Positions 11,716 through 22,333 of a stretch of DNA of 64,000 nt are shown piece after piece (the first letter of the stretch is position 1; every line of letters starts with the position of its first letter). A program made the translations under genes and the position numbers. The notes beneath the pieces were generated by a model. That model did no database searches and had not been told where the DNA came from. It saw nothing but the letters and a program-made list of their open reading frames with translations. The DNA comes from an uncultured delta proteobacterium. GTDB taxonomy: Bacteria > Myxococcota_A > Polyangia > Fen-1088. Location of the stretch: NCBI GenBank assembly GCA_963755125.1, contig CAVWIP010000008.1, positions 128,001 through 192,000 on the forward strand, given 5' to 3'.

Positions 11716-12630
11716 ATGTCCCAACCGACCGCACGCCCAACCCGAACCCGCCGACGCCCTGGCCCGGTGGTCGCCATCGGCGTGCTGTTGCTGGCACTCT
11801 CGACCATCGCCCTGCTCTGCCAGTCCCGGGCCAACGCCCTTCACGACCGCTGGCCACCCGAGGCCGACACGTTCTACTTGCCGCCATCGAGGATCCTCAA
11901 ACTCGCCAGCCTGGGCCACAGCGAACTGGCGGCGGACCTGATCCATTCGCGAGCCAACGTCTATTTTGGCACCCAACTTCACGCGCACTTGCCCACCAAG
12001 TGGCTCGCCCAATATTTGCACACGGCCATCGACCTCGATCCCCAGTTCCGCCGGCTGTATCTGTCCGGGGCTGCCATGCTCATCTACAACGGCCAACACA
12101 TCGTCCCCGACATGGTGCTGGCGGCAGACACCGTGCTCGAACGTGGTCGGCGAGCCTTTCCTTTCGACTGGGAGATCCCTTTCCAGCTCGGATTCAACCT
12201 GCTCTACGAGTTGCCCAGCGACGCGAGTCCGGACGATCCCCGCATCCCCGGCTGGCGTCAGCAGGGCGTCGAAATCCTGCGTCAGGCCGCGCTCTACGAG
12301 GGTGTCCCCTACTTCGTCCCCACTTTGGTGGCCGGCATGCTGACCAAGCAAGGAAGCCAGGACTTGGCGGTTCGCCATCTCGAACAGGCCTACGCCGTGG
12401 CCGCCAGCGAAGAGGCACGCACACAGATTCGCTCCAAGCTGGCTCAACTTCAGGGCAACCAGATCGCCGAAGGCCTCGCCGAAAAGCAACGCGAGTTCCA
12501 AGCCCTTGTCGACAGCCGATATCCCGATCTTCCCGAGGCGTTTTCCCTCATCATCGGGCCAAGAATCACATCCAACGGCGCCTTGACGGCAGCGGTACCG
12601 TCCACCACCCAGAGCAGAAAAGGCCCCTAG
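11716..12630 (+). CDS. Membrane-anchored helical protein resembling myxobacterial PilG-type pilus accessory proteins
   Basis: N-terminal TM; SLGHxxLAADL..RA..YFG, DLDPxF, WEIPFQLGFN motifs; directly after pilR. Confidence 0.6.
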   Translation: MSQPTARPTRTRRRPGPVVAIGVLLLALSTIALLCQSRANALHDRWPPEADTFYLPPSRILKLASLGHSELAADLIHSRANVYFGTQLHAHLPTKWLAQYLHTAIDLDPQFRRLYLSGAAMLIYNGQHIVPDMVLAADTVLERGRRAFPFDWEIPFQLGFNLLYELPSDASPDDPRIPGWRQQGVEILRQAALYEGVPYFVPTLVAGMLTKQGSQDLAVRHLEQAYAVAASEEARTQIRSKLAQLQGNQIAEGLAEKQREFQALVDSRYPDLPEAFSLIIGPRITSNGALTAAVPSTTQSRKGP

Positions 12631-13265
12631 TGAAGTTCCGTTTCCCACCCTCGGGCGTGCTGGTACCCAACAGCGAGTTCGATCCCCTGCCCTACTACTA
12701 CCGGCCTGTGGTCGGCCATATCTACCGTCACCGACTGCAAATGGGCCTCCGTCTCATCCCGCGCGGCGGCCAGCGCGTGCTCGAGATCGGCGTCGGGAGT
12801 GGAATCCTGGTTCCTAGCCTGACAGCCGGCTTTCCCGAGTATGTTGGCACTGATCTGCTGCTGGCTCCGGGGCTCGAATCCCTGGTCACGCCCGGGTGCC
12901 ACGCGACCTTTCGGGTCGCGGATCTCCTGGATGCCAACGCCGTTCCCCCCGGCGACTTCGATGTGGTGGTGTGTTTGTCGGTGCTGGAGCATATCGCTGA
13001 CGCCGAAGCGGCTGCGCGCTGCCTGGCCCGCACTCTGGCCCCCGGCGGCACCCTGGTGACTGGCTATCCCATGGTGAATCGATTCATGGCCACATGTTTT
13101 CGCACGCTCGGGTTCGGGCGCATCGAAGAGCACCACGTGACCACCCCGGCCCAGATTACCACCGCCCTCGGCCGCCTGCTGCGGCCCGTGGGACGCGTCA
13201 GCCTGCCCATGTTTGCGCCGCAGTCCCTCTCGCTGTACGAGTGCACCTCGTGGACGAATAGCTAG
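12630..13265 (+). CDS. Class I SAM-dependent methyltransferase
   Basis: VLEIGVGSG, FDVVVCLSVLEHI, LAPGG; GTG overlaps the upstream TAG. Confidence 0.85.
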   Translation: MKFRFPPSGVLVPNSEFDPLPYYYRPVVGHIYRHRLQMGLRLIPRGGQRVLEIGVGSGILVPSLTAGFPEYVGTDLLLAPGLESLVTPGCHATFRVADLLDANAVPPGDFDVVVCLSVLEHIADAEAAARCLARTLAPGGTLVTGYPMVNRFMATCFRTLGFGRIEEHHVTTPAQITTALGRLLRPVGRVSLPMFAPQSLSLYECTSWTNS

Positions 13266-13273
13266 ATTCCAGG

Positions 13274-14053
13274 TCAGACTCGTTCGATGACCGCCAACAA
13301 GCGAAACGCGATCAGGCGATACATCGCGGCCGGCAGGCGATCCTCCAGCGCCAGCAGCGCGCGCCAGAGCCCGGCGGGCAGCAAGGGTGGGCGCGAAAAA
13401 CCACCGGTGGCCGGGTAGCTGAGTCCAGCCAGGCGCTCGAAGCGCACGATCTTCAACATGGGGAAACGTCGCTCGAACTCCCGCCGTCCGTGTTTTCGGT
13501 GCAGCAACGTGGGAATGGCCTGATTGGACTCGAAGGGGTCCTTGTCAGAAGCGCCGTGCTCCGCCAGCGGCTGCGTGCGCATGTCTACCGGCTCTTCATG
13601 GAAGAGCCGGTAGACGACGGAAGACACCGGGCTGATGTACGGCTCGCAAAGCACGACACGGCCGCCTGGTCGCAGCACGCGCGCGGCTTCCTGGAAGAAC
13701 TTTGCGGGCGATGACAGATGGTGGAGCACATCGAACAACACCAGCGCGCCCACCGACGCGTCCGCAAAGGGCAGGTTGTCGGCCGACACGCAGCGATCGT
13801 GCCAGGGCGCCTTCACGATGTCGCTCAGTTCCAGACCCGGGATGAACTCCCGTGCGAAACCGGGTCCTGATCCGATTTCCATCCAAGGCCCCAAATCGTG
13901 CGCCGGCAATGCCTCCCGCATGCTCGCGTACCAGCGCCCGTAGAGTACCCGCAAGGGCTCGTTCGATCGCCAGGCTTGCCGGAGCGCCTCGAAACGCGCC
14001 AGCACACTCGCGCGGACCTCGGGCGACAGTTCCACCGCCGCTGGTTCAGACAT
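13274..14053 (-). CDS. Class I SAM-dependent methyltransferase
   Basis: EIGSGPG, LPFADAS, DVLHH, RVLRPGG, NQAIP. Confidence 0.88.
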   Translation of the reverse strand: MSEPAAVELSPEVRASVLARFEALRQAWRSNEPLRVLYGRWYASMREALPAHDLGPWMEIGSGPGFAREFIPGLELSDIVKAPWHDRCVSADNLPFADASVGALVLFDVLHHLSSPAKFFQEAARVLRPGGRVVLCEPYISPVSSVVYRLFHEEPVDMRTQPLAEHGASDKDPFESNQAIPTLLHRKHGRREFERRFPMLKIVRFERLAGLSYPATGGFSRPPLLPAGLWRALLALEDRLPAAMYRLIAFRLLAVIERV

Positions 14054-15515
14054 ACTTGAGCTTGCTGGCGGCCACGGCCGACATCTTGAGCAGCAGCCAG
14101 CCGTGCTTCCAGCGCGAGATGTTGGTGGAGCCGTAGAGTCGCTCCTGGTAGCGAACCGGGATCTCCACGATCTTCAGATTCAGCCTGGCGGCCCCGAATA
14201 TGAGATCAAAATCCCCGAACGGATCGAAGTCGCCAAACACGTGGCGCGCCGCCGCGAGCCGCTGGTAGTCGCGCCGCCGCAGCACCTTGGTTCCGCACAG
14301 CGTGTCCTTGATGGGCTGCTGGAGCAAATAAGTGAACAGGTGGGAAAAGGCCTGATTGCCGATGCGGTTGAAGAAGCGCATCGCCCCCGGCTGCATGGGA
14401 TAGACTAGGCGCGTCCCCTGCACGTAGTCCCCCAGCCCGCGCGCTATGACGTCGTAGAACACGGGCAACTCTTCCGGCGGCACGGTCAGATCGGCGTCGA
14501 GAATCATCAGCACATCGCCGGTGGCCTTGGCAAAGCCCAGCCGCACGGCATCGCCCTTTCCCTTGCCGGTCTGCTGGTAGGCCGACAGCTTGAGCGGCCC
14601 GCGATAGTCCTTGATGGCGTTGGCTATCGTCTCCCAGGTTCCGTCGCTGGATCCACCCTCGACGAAGATCAGCTCGGTCGATGAGCCCATGACCGGCGTT
14701 CGCTCGATGGCGGCGGCCACGTTTCCCGCCTCGTTGCGTGTGGGCACCACCACACTTACGGAAAGCGGCCGGGGAGCAGCGGCCGGATCCCGGCGGCGCA
14801 AGACATAGAGCCGATACAACGAGAAGCGCTGAATCAGTGGCAACTTGGCCAGATAGCGGTTCACCAGCGGCGCCAGGCCCGGCACCTGCAAGGGGAGCAA
14901 CAAACGGTCATCGAAGCGAACCATCTCCAGACCGGTGATGTTGAACAGGTTGTGAAAATCGCTGTGTGACAGCCAGTTCGACGTGGGAGCCGGCGTCTTC
15001 CAGCCAACCATCTCCGCCGCCCGCGCGGCAAACTCCCAGAGGTAGTTGTACGCCGTCAGGTAGATCAGCCCGTGTTCAGTCAGGCGATCGCGCAGGCTTT
15101 CCAGCCAGGCCCGCACATCCGTCACCGTGTGACACAGACGATCGCAGATCACGGCGTCGAATTTTCGCCCGGGCGGCAGGCGGTCCGCATCGCCCACCTC
15201 GAATGTGATCTCGGGATGGCGGCGCTGGGCCTCAGCCGCCAACTCGGCCGTGGGAGCGATCCCCACGCGTTCCTGGTTGGGCAAAGCCGCGATCAGATCG
15301 CCGGTGCGGCAGCCCATTTCCGCGACGGATGCGTCGCCCGGAATCCAACGCCGCAGCGTCGCACGCAAATCCTCATCGAGAAAATCGCGCGCGGCCGGGT
15401 GGCGCGGGCGCTCGAAGGCCATCCGGCGAAAATAGTCTGTCCAGGCCGCCTCCAGTGCCTCCGGCGAGCCAGGGCGAAGCCCCGCAGGCAATGGGAAAGA
15501 TGCTGACCCGCTCAT
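14046..15515 (-). CDS. Fused methyltransferase-like / GT2 glycosyltransferase
   Basis: EMGCRTG N-terminal domain; SVVVPTRNE, GKGDAVR, ILDADL, DTLCGTK. Confidence 0.9.
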   Translation of the reverse strand: MSGSASFPLPAGLRPGSPEALEAAWTDYFRRMAFERPRHPAARDFLDEDLRATLRRWIPGDASVAEMGCRTGDLIAALPNQERVGIAPTAELAAEAQRRHPEITFEVGDADRLPPGRKFDAVICDRLCHTVTDVRAWLESLRDRLTEHGLIYLTAYNYLWEFAARAAEMVGWKTPAPTSNWLSHSDFHNLFNITGLEMVRFDDRLLLPLQVPGLAPLVNRYLAKLPLIQRFSLYRLYVLRRRDPAAAPRPLSVSVVVPTRNEAGNVAAAIERTPVMGSSTELIFVEGGSSDGTWETIANAIKDYRGPLKLSAYQQTGKGKGDAVRLGFAKATGDVLMILDADLTVPPEELPVFYDVIARGLGDYVQGTRLVYPMQPGAMRFFNRIGNQAFSHLFTYLLQQPIKDTLCGTKVLRRRDYQRLAAARHVFGDFDPFGDFDLIFGAARLNLKIVEIPVRYQERLYGSTNISRWKHGWLLLKMSAVAASKLKYV

Positions 15516-15524
15516 GGGAGAGGC

Positions 15525-18335
15525 TTAGAAGTCCATATCCACCAACGGGAAGATCTTCTTGAACCGCTGGCCCGGCTTGAGAATGACGATCTCGTTGCGC
15601 TCGATCATCAGGTCGGGATTGGTGAAGGTGATGCGATGCTTGCCGCAAGCAAGGCTGTAGTCCATGAGCGGGGTACTCTTGCCGGTCGGCTTGCCGTCGA
15701 TGGACACCTGCGCCCAGGGCTTGGAACCAATGGTCGCCACACATTCCTCGCCGCCTCCGGCTCCCAACCTCCCCTCGCGTTCGAAAACGTCATCGTCGCT
15801 CGCCGCCTTGCCCCGAGTCTTTCCACTGCCCCCGGACTTCGGGAACGGGGAACTGTCGTCGCCCAGCCCTTCCGCCTTCCCGGCACCCTTGCCTGGCCGC
15901 CGCGAACCGGGTGATGACTTTCCTCGGCCCTCAACCGCCGCGATGGGGCCTGCTGCCGGCGCGGGCGCTGGCGCCACAGCGGCAGGTGGACTCGGCGGAC
16001 GCGGGGCAGCCGCTCCTGCCGTGTGTCCAGATGCCGACACGCCAGCGGGCTCGCGCACAGCATGAATCTTCAACGTCTGGCCTGGCTCCTGGTAGATCTC
16101 CTGGCGCCAATCCTTGAAGCGCGGATCGCCCTTGATTTCTAGAACGTGGCGGCCAGTCGTAATGCGCGAAGCCCTGAAGTTGGTGGTGGCCTGTTTTCCC
16201 GTTTCATTGACGGCAAATGCCTGTCCGTCCAGCCACACCAGGCCCCCGGGCGGCTGGCTGGTCAATTCGAATCCCGTGTCGGGTGATGCCTCCAGCTCGA
16301 CCTCCACGCGTTCCACCTGCGCGGTACGAATCTCTACGTCCTGCTCACGCGACACGTACCCATCACGCGAAACGGCCACATGGTAGATGCCTGGCCGTCG
16401 CTCAATGACGTAGGGCGGCCCCTCGGCCAAAGCGACCCCGTCGACAGTTACCCGCGCATCCTGAGGCTTGACACCTATCTGCATCTTTCCCGATCGGGTC
16501 AGGTAGAGATAGGCACCCCCGCCTCCCAGTGCCATGAACGCGAGAAAGAGCAGGTAGTACTTGGCCCACGACGGCGACCGCAAGGACAAGGCGGCTGCAG
16601 CGGCCGTCGCCGCATCCATGCCGCCCGATAGGCGTTGCCCGGGCAGGCCGTAGGGCTGGCTGGGCATGCCAGCGGAGGGATGAGCCGGCTGCCCCAGGTC
16701 GAATCCCGACAGCGTCTGTGGCGGGAAGAACGACGGCGGCGCGGGCATGGCGGGCGGGGCAACACCGGGGATCGGCGCGCTCAGGGAACCCACGCCCATC
16801 AAGGTCTGACGCAGCGCCGGACGAGGAGGCTCCGGCGCGGATGGCGCCCCCAGAGGCGCAAACAGCGGCCGACCCAGCGACGCAGAAGCCTGCGGCGTCG
16901 GACGGGCAGGCGCCAGTGGTGTCGCTGCCTGTCGTGATGGGCGAGACGGCCCTGGAAGCGCGGCGGGTTTGGCAGCCACGACCGGCCGGCCTGTCTGCGG
17001 CGCGGGGAGAGGCCGGACCGGTGAACTCTCGCCCAGACCCATCACGGTCTGACGAAGCGAGACGGACGGGGTTTCTTTGTGGGTCGGATCCTTCTCCGCG
17101 AACGTCGTGGGCGCGGGGAATGCCTCGTTCATCTCGGCCAGTGAAGCCAAGGAAGGCGGAGCCGCGACCGTCTTGTCATCGGTGCCAAGGAACCCTGCGT
17201 CGGCCCGGATTGGCGCCGTGTCCGACTCGATTGGCTTGTCGAAGATGGACGTCTCCAGCTCTTCGTCGTCCCACCCCAGCGCCCCGTCGTTGGCTGACCG
17301 GGGCGGCGACGCGTGGGTCGGCACGGGCGTGTCCACGTCAGCCTCGACGGTTTCGATCTCTTCAATCTCGTCCTCGGCCCCGTCGATCGGGGGGGCCTCG
17401 TCGACCTGCAGACCAGCCGAGAAGGTCTTCTTCATCCAGACTGACAGGTCTTTGCGCGACGAAAACTGGCCCACGGAATACAGGAAGGCCTGCAAGTCAT
17501 CGTGTAGGTCCAGCGCGTTCTGGTAACGGTCCTCCACGTCCTTGGCCAACGCCTTCAACACGATATGTTCCAGCGGCTCAGGAACCTGTGAGTTGAATGA
17601 GGACGGCGGGACAACCTCCACGTTGCGGACCTTCTCCAGAGTTGAAAAATCGCTCTCGCCGACGAACAGCCGCTGACCGGTGAGCATTTCGTAAAGAATG
17701 ATGCCGAGGGCAAAGATGTCGCTGCGCCGGTCGATGGGCAGTCCGCGCACTTGTTCGGGCGACATGTAGCCGAACTTGCCTTTGAGAATGCCGGCCTGGG
17801 TCTTGGACGCCTTGCCTGCCGCTTTCGCGATACCAAAGTCGATGAGCTTGACCTCGCCCTCGTAGCCGATCAGCACGTTCTGTGGCGAGACGTCGCGGTG
17901 TACGAGGTTGAGCGCCCGACCCTGGGAGTCGCGCTTGTTGTGCGCGTAGTCCAGTCCTTCACAGACCTGCATGATCACGTAGCAAACCTGAGGCAGGGGC
18001 ATGGTCTGGCCATGCTTGTGCAAGTCGTCGAAGATGCCTCGCAAGTCGCGCCCCTGGACATATTCGAGGGCGATGAAGTATGCGTCGTCCACCTTCCCCA
18101 GGTCGAAGATCTGGGCGATGTTCGCGTGCTGCAGTTGCACCGCGATCTTCGCCTCGTCGATGAACATCGTGATGAACTCTTCGTCCTCGGCGATGTGGGG
18201 AAGGATGCGCTTGAGCGCGACGATGCGCTCGAAGCCTTCCACACCCACGACCTTGGCCTTGAACACCTCGGCCATACCCCCGACGTTGATGCGTTCGAGG
18301 AGGTAGTATTTTCCGAAAGGAGTGGGCTTGTTCAA
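15525..18335 (-). CDS. Membrane Ser/Thr protein kinase with PEGA domains
   Basis: GGMAEVF, ALKR, HRDVSPQN, DFGIAK, YMSPE; Pro-rich linker, TM, PEGA-like domains; TTG start behind GGAG. Confidence 0.93.
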   Translation of the reverse strand: MNKPTPFGKYYLLERINVGGMAEVFKAKVVGVEGFERIVALKRILPHIAEDEEFITMFIDEAKIAVQLQHANIAQIFDLGKVDDAYFIALEYVQGRDLRGIFDDLHKHGQTMPLPQVCYVIMQVCEGLDYAHNKRDSQGRALNLVHRDVSPQNVLIGYEGEVKLIDFGIAKAAGKASKTQAGILKGKFGYMSPEQVRGLPIDRRSDIFALGIILYEMLTGQRLFVGESDFSTLEKVRNVEVVPPSSFNSQVPEPLEHIVLKALAKDVEDRYQNALDLHDDLQAFLYSVGQFSSRKDLSVWMKKTFSAGLQVDEAPPIDGAEDEIEEIETVEADVDTPVPTHASPPRSANDGALGWDDEELETSIFDKPIESDTAPIRADAGFLGTDDKTVAAPPSLASLAEMNEAFPAPTTFAEKDPTHKETPSVSLRQTVMGLGESSPVRPLPAPQTGRPVVAAKPAALPGPSRPSRQAATPLAPARPTPQASASLGRPLFAPLGAPSAPEPPRPALRQTLMGVGSLSAPIPGVAPPAMPAPPSFFPPQTLSGFDLGQPAHPSAGMPSQPYGLPGQRLSGGMDAATAAAAALSLRSPSWAKYYLLFLAFMALGGGGAYLYLTRSGKMQIGVKPQDARVTVDGVALAEGPPYVIERRPGIYHVAVSRDGYVSREQDVEIRTAQVERVEVELEASPDTGFELTSQPPGGLVWLDGQAFAVNETGKQATTNFRASRITTGRHVLEIKGDPRFKDWRQEIYQEPGQTLKIHAVREPAGVSASGHTAGAAAPRPPSPPAAVAPAPAPAAGPIAAVEGRGKSSPGSRRPGKGAGKAEGLGDDSSPFPKSGGSGKTRGKAASDDDVFEREGRLGAGGGEECVATIGSKPWAQVSIDGKPTGKSTPLMDYSLACGKHRITFTNPDLMIERNEIVILKPGQRFKKIFPLVDMDF

Positions 18336-18494
18336 GCGACGACTCCGAAGCGCAGGCAGCAACTGGCGCGAGTCATTCCGTTATCGACCACGGTTGGGCC
18401 CGAGTCAAGGAAGCCGCGCCCACGCAGCCGCAAGGCAGAACCGCGCCGCCCGAGCAACGCGTTCGCAAGGTGGCGCCGAGCCGCGAAGGATGTG

Positions 18495-18968
18495 TCACCC
18501 CTCAATCCAGACTTTCTTCATGCGATCGCCGGCCTGAATCTTCTGGACCACATCCATGCCGGACATGACCTGCCCGAAGACGGTGTGCTTGCGATCGAGG
18601 TGCGGCTGGGGTGAGTGGCAGATGAAGAACTGCGACCCGCCCGTGTCCTTGCCCGCATGGGCCATGGAGAGCGAGCCTGCCTTGTGAACCTGTCGCTTCC
18701 CCGTGGTTTCGCATTTGATCTTGTAACCGGGTCCACCGGTGCCGTTGCCAAGAGGGCATCCCCCCTGGATAACGAAGTCGGGAATGACACGATGGAAACT
18801 GAGCCCATCGTAGAAGGGACGGGTCACCTTCTTCCCGGTCGATGGGTCGACCCACTCTTTGGTTCCGGCCACCAGGCCTGCGAAGTTGGCCACCGTGCCG
18901 GGCGCGTCATCCTCGAACAGCTCGGCTACAATTTCACCCTTGGTTGTTTCAAAATGCACTTTCTTCAT
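18495..18968 (-). CDS. Cyclophilin-type peptidyl-prolyl isomerase
   Basis: [34 protein letters not shown]. Confidence 0.96.
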   Translation of the reverse strand: MKKVHFETTKGEIVAELFEDDAPGTVANFAGLVAGTKEWVDPSTGKKVTRPFYDGLSFHRVIPDFVIQGGCPLGNGTGGPGYKIKCETTGKRQVHKAGSLSMAHAGKDTGGSQFFICHSPQPHLDRKHTVFGQVMSGMDVVQKIQAGDRMKKVWIEG

Positions 18969-19212
18969 CGGGATACCTTAAACCTGTTCAGTTTCCGATT
19001 GTAGCAGGAGATGTCCGACTCGGGGGTCCGCTATTCTGGCCTTCCCTCGGTGGCCCTCGCGCCGCTTCTTCTTGAGCCTCCCCACACACTTAGTGCGACG
19101 CTTTACGTCGCACCCCAGGCAACCGGCTGTGTCTTCAGCCGATAATCGGGCAGAAGGCCCAAGCAGTGCGCAAATCCACCACGCCGGTCTGTGGTAAGGT
19201 AGGAACCGTTCG

Positions 19213-19593
19213 ATGAAGGTTTCCAAGCCGCCGTCGGGATCGCTTCTGGGCCGCGTCGCGGACCTTCCTGGGGTCAAGAAAAGCGGGGCCAAGGGGTTCG
19301 CCCGCAGCCTCACCAAAGCCTCGGGCGCTGACAAGGCGAGTGCTGCGAGGGCGACTCAGCCGACCGCCCGTGTGCACCAGATGGCGGCCATCGCAGACAT
19401 CGGCAAGGCCCTCCAGGCCGGACAGATCACGCCTCGGGCTGCGCTCGATCGAGTGGTTGAGCGAATTGTGGCTCGCCGCTTGGGCCCCACCGGACCTGCC
19501 GCAGTCAAGGAGAAGCTCAGTGCAGCGCTTCGTCAGACACTCGAAGACGATCCCATGCTGGCTGCCAAGATCCGCGCCCTGGGCGATGAGTAG
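19213..19593 (+). CDS. Hypothetical protein
   Basis: Fills the intergenic gap; helical C-terminus LRQTLEDDP; RBS-like AGGA. Confidence 0.65.
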   Translation: MKVSKPPSGSLLGRVADLPGVKKSGAKGFARSLTKASGADKASAARATQPTARVHQMAAIADIGKALQAGQITPRAALDRVVERIVARRLGPTGPAAVKEKLSAALRQTLEDDPMLAAKIRALGDE

Positions 19594-19881
19594 CTAACTC
19601 AATGCCTTGCGCGCGGCGGCCCGTTTCTGCGCCAACATCTCGCGCACCTTGGGAGGCAGGTAGAGGTGTTCGGTGTCCATAGTGGCCAGCGCCTCGCCAA
19701 GGATCGACGCGCGCTCCAAGGCTGCGGTCTTCCTGTCGATGATGATGAGCCACTCGCCTTTCACCTTGCACAGGCCACCGCCCCCTGCCGGCCCGGCGGC
19801 GGCAAGCGTCTCGTAGCGCACCTTCACGCCAAGCTGGCTGGCTGCAGTTTCCAGGGCCTCGGCAAGCTGTTCCGGCTTCAT
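19594..19881 (-). CDS. Conserved hypothetical protein
   Basis: LGVKVRYE...GGLCKVKG...IIID...LYLPP pattern; ATGA overlap with the kinase. Confidence 0.75.
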   Translation of the reverse strand: MKPEQLAEALETAASQLGVKVRYETLAAAGPAGGGGLCKVKGEWLIIIDRKTAALERASILGEALATMDTEHLYLPPKVREMLAQKRAAARKALS

Positions 19882-21089
19882 GGGGTCGGCTTCTCTCCCT
19901 CGATGTTGTGCGAAATGGGATGGCTGACAGGCAGGGTTACCACGAACGTCGTGCCGCTGCCGAGCTTGGATTGGAAAGTGATCTGCCCGCCGTGGGCGTA
20001 GACGATGTTGCGTACCACCGAGAGTCCCAACCCGGTCCCGCTGCCAGCCGGCTTGGTGGTGAAGAAGGGGTCAAAGATACTGGCCCGGTGTTCCTCGCGG
20101 ATGCCGGAGCCTGTGTCGGTCACGGCCAACCCGACCGCGGCCTCCCCGTCATGGAAGGTTCGCACCCGGATGGTGCCGCCTTTTTCTCCCAGGGCCTGCG
20201 CCGCGTTGGTCACCAGATTGGTCACCACCTGCATCACCTGGTCTCGCACCGCGCGCACAGGTGGCAGGTTGGCCGCCAGATCCCGATCCAGGGTGGCCTT
20301 GGCTTCCACAAAAATGTGCTCGCAGAAGGAGAGCGCGTGCTCAACGACTTCGTTGAGATCCAGCCGTTCGATCTCGACGCGCGAGGGTCGAGCGTAGCCA
20401 ACCAGGTCGTGGGTGAAACGCCGGATGCGCTCGACTCCGTCCTGGATGCGCTTGAGCCGTTCCAGGTCGACGGGCTCGATCTGGTTCGGCACGCGCCCCT
20501 GCACGGCCATGCTTGCCTTGTGCAGGACTGCCTCGATGCACGCTTGGATGGAAGTGAGCGGGTTGTTGATCTCGTGCGCCACGCCGGCAGCGATCTGCCC
20601 CACGGTTGCCAGCTTCTCCGCATGAATCACCTGGTTCTGCAACACGCGCAGGGCCGTCACGTCCTGACCAACCGCCAGCACGGCGGAGGGCCGGCCGCCT
20701 TCGGCACGCACGACAGCCACGTTGAAAGTTGCGTGCGCGACCGTCCCGCTCACCGACGGCAGTCGAACTTCGCAGGTGGGCAAATCTCCGCCGTCCGCCA
20801 CCTGTTTCATGATCTGGGCGAGTTCCGGCATCCCCACCTCGGAGAGCCAGGGGAGCAAGTCACGGCCCACCACGGTCTCGCGAGGAAAACCCGTCAGTCT
20901 GGCCATGGCTCGGTTCCACACCGTCACCCGGCCGCCAAGGTCCGTTGCGATGACCAGCACGTTGGCCTGGTCCACGATCTGCTCGAGGTGGTCGCGTACG
21001 CCGGCGGCCGGACGCGAACGCCCCGACTTGGCCCGCCGACGTGCCGGCTTTCTCGCGGTCGGCCTGTGCGGCTTCACCGGACGAGTCAT
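19878..21089 (-). CDS. PAS-domain sensor histidine kinase
   Basis: PAS domain, AHEINNPL, NLVTNA, DTGSG, FFTTK, GTGLGL; start overlaps larC stop. Confidence 0.92.
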   Translation of the reverse strand: MTRPVKPHRPTARKPARRRAKSGRSRPAAGVRDHLEQIVDQANVLVIATDLGGRVTVWNRAMARLTGFPRETVVGRDLLPWLSEVGMPELAQIMKQVADGGDLPTCEVRLPSVSGTVAHATFNVAVVRAEGGRPSAVLAVGQDVTALRVLQNQVIHAEKLATVGQIAAGVAHEINNPLTSIQACIEAVLHKASMAVQGRVPNQIEPVDLERLKRIQDGVERIRRFTHDLVGYARPSRVEIERLDLNEVVEHALSFCEHIFVEAKATLDRDLAANLPPVRAVRDQVMQVVTNLVTNAAQALGEKGGTIRVRTFHDGEAAVGLAVTDTGSGIREEHRASIFDPFFTTKPAGSGTGLGLSVVRNIVYAHGGQITFQSKLGSGTTFVVTLPVSHPISHNIEGEKPTP

Positions 21090-22333
21090 CAGCCCCGCTT
21101 CCTCTCGCGGGACATAAGCAGGCGCGACGCCACGGCAGCCGCCTCGGCCAGCACCGTGCGGACCGGCACGCCTGCCTTGTCGGCGAGACGCCGGCAGTCG
21201 TCGAACTCCGGCGCAGCACCGAGCATATCGACGCCGTCGGCGGCCAGCTTGACCGACACGGTCCCGAAGCGGGTCTTCACGCTGGCCAGCGAACGTGACA
21301 GCACAGCCCGTTGCATGGGCGCACGCCGCACGCCCAGCGTGGTGGAATTGCGAAAGAATGCCTGCTCGACCGAGCCCACGCTCTCGGGCGGTGCCAACGC
21401 CGACACCTGCCACGCCGGCCGGCCCTTCTTCATCAAGATCGACGTTGTCCACACATCGATTGCCCCGACCACGAAGAGTGCCGACATCAGCGGCTCGATC
21501 AGTTGGGGACTCATGTCGTCCAGGTTGGCCTCCAGCAGGACGACCTCGGGCGCGGAGGCGGGCAAAGAACGCCCAATCGCCTCCCCGAGAAGAACGCGCA
21601 GAACGTTGGCACGATCGGGAACCTCTCGCGTGCCAGCGCCGAAGCCCTGAGCCCGGATGCGCATGGGCGGCGGCGGACCGAACTTGCTCACCAGCGCTGC
21701 CAGAATGGCGGCGCCCGTGGGCGTGGTCAGCTCGCCCTGGCCTTCGAGCAGCGCCGGAACTCCGCGCAGGATCGCGGCAGTGGCCGGCGCCGGAACCGGC
21801 ATCAGCCCATGTGCCGTGTGTACCTGACCCGATCCCAGCACGGGAGGCGTCGACGACACCGACGAGGGCCGCAGCCACGCGATGGCCGCAGCCGCGCCCA
21901 CCACATCGGCAATGGAATCCCACGCCCCCACCTCATGAAACGCGACCCGATCGATCGCGACACCATGCAGCGCCGCCTCGGCCCGCGCGACACGCTCGAA
22001 AATCGAGCCGGCCAGCCGCTTGGTCTCCGCGTCCAACCGCGCCCGCTGCAGCAACCGGCGAATCTCCGCATAGTCCCGGTGCTCATGGTGATGCCCATGG
22101 TGGTGACCCGGATGCTGGCCCGGTCCGCTCACCACGAATCCCCTGCCCACGAATGCCCCGCGCCGCCGCTTCTCGAAACCGACCGTCAAACCGCGCACCC
22201 CCATCTCCGCAATGGCGTCGCTGACCACCTTGGCAGGGACGCCGGCATCCACCAGGGCCGCCACCGCCATGTCGCCCGCGATTCCGGACGACGGGTCGAA
22301 GTGCACATGCAGTCCGTGCAGATGCTGATTCAT
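21089..22333 (-). CDS. larC: Nickel-pincer cofactor biosynthesis protein LarC
   Basis: SGIAGDM, His-rich stretch, FHEVG.WDSIADV, PVPAPAT, ELTTPTG, MKKGRP, PEFDDC. Confidence 0.95.
   Translation of the reverse strand: MNQHLHGLHVHFDPSSGIAGDMAVAALVDAGVPAKVVSDAIAEMGVRGLTVGFEKRRRGAFVGRGFVVSGPGQHPGHHHGHHHEHRDYAEIRRLLQRARLDAETKRLAGSIFERVARAEAALHGVAIDRVAFHEVGAWDSIADVVGAAAAIAWLRPSSVSSTPPVLGSGQVHTAHGLMPVPAPATAAILRGVPALLEGQGELTTPTGAAILAALVSKFGPPPPMRIRAQGFGAGTREVPDRANVLRVLLGEAIGRSLPASAPEVVLLEANLDDMSPQLIEPLMSALFVVGAIDVWTTSILMKKGRPAWQVSALAPPESVGSVEQAFFRNSTTLGVRRAPMQRAVLSRSLASVKTRFGTVSVKLAADGVDMLGAAPEFDDCRRLADKAGVPVRTVLAEAAAVASRLLMSRERKRG

Noticed and set aside
16600..17400. Pro/Ala-rich stretch as a repeat element
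   Set aside because: Low-complexity linker typical of myxobacterial kinases; no nucleotide periodicity seen
19878..21923. 681-aa version of the histidine kinase
   Set aside because: The N-terminal part is an off-frame overlap with larC; the real start at 21089 is coupled to the larC stop
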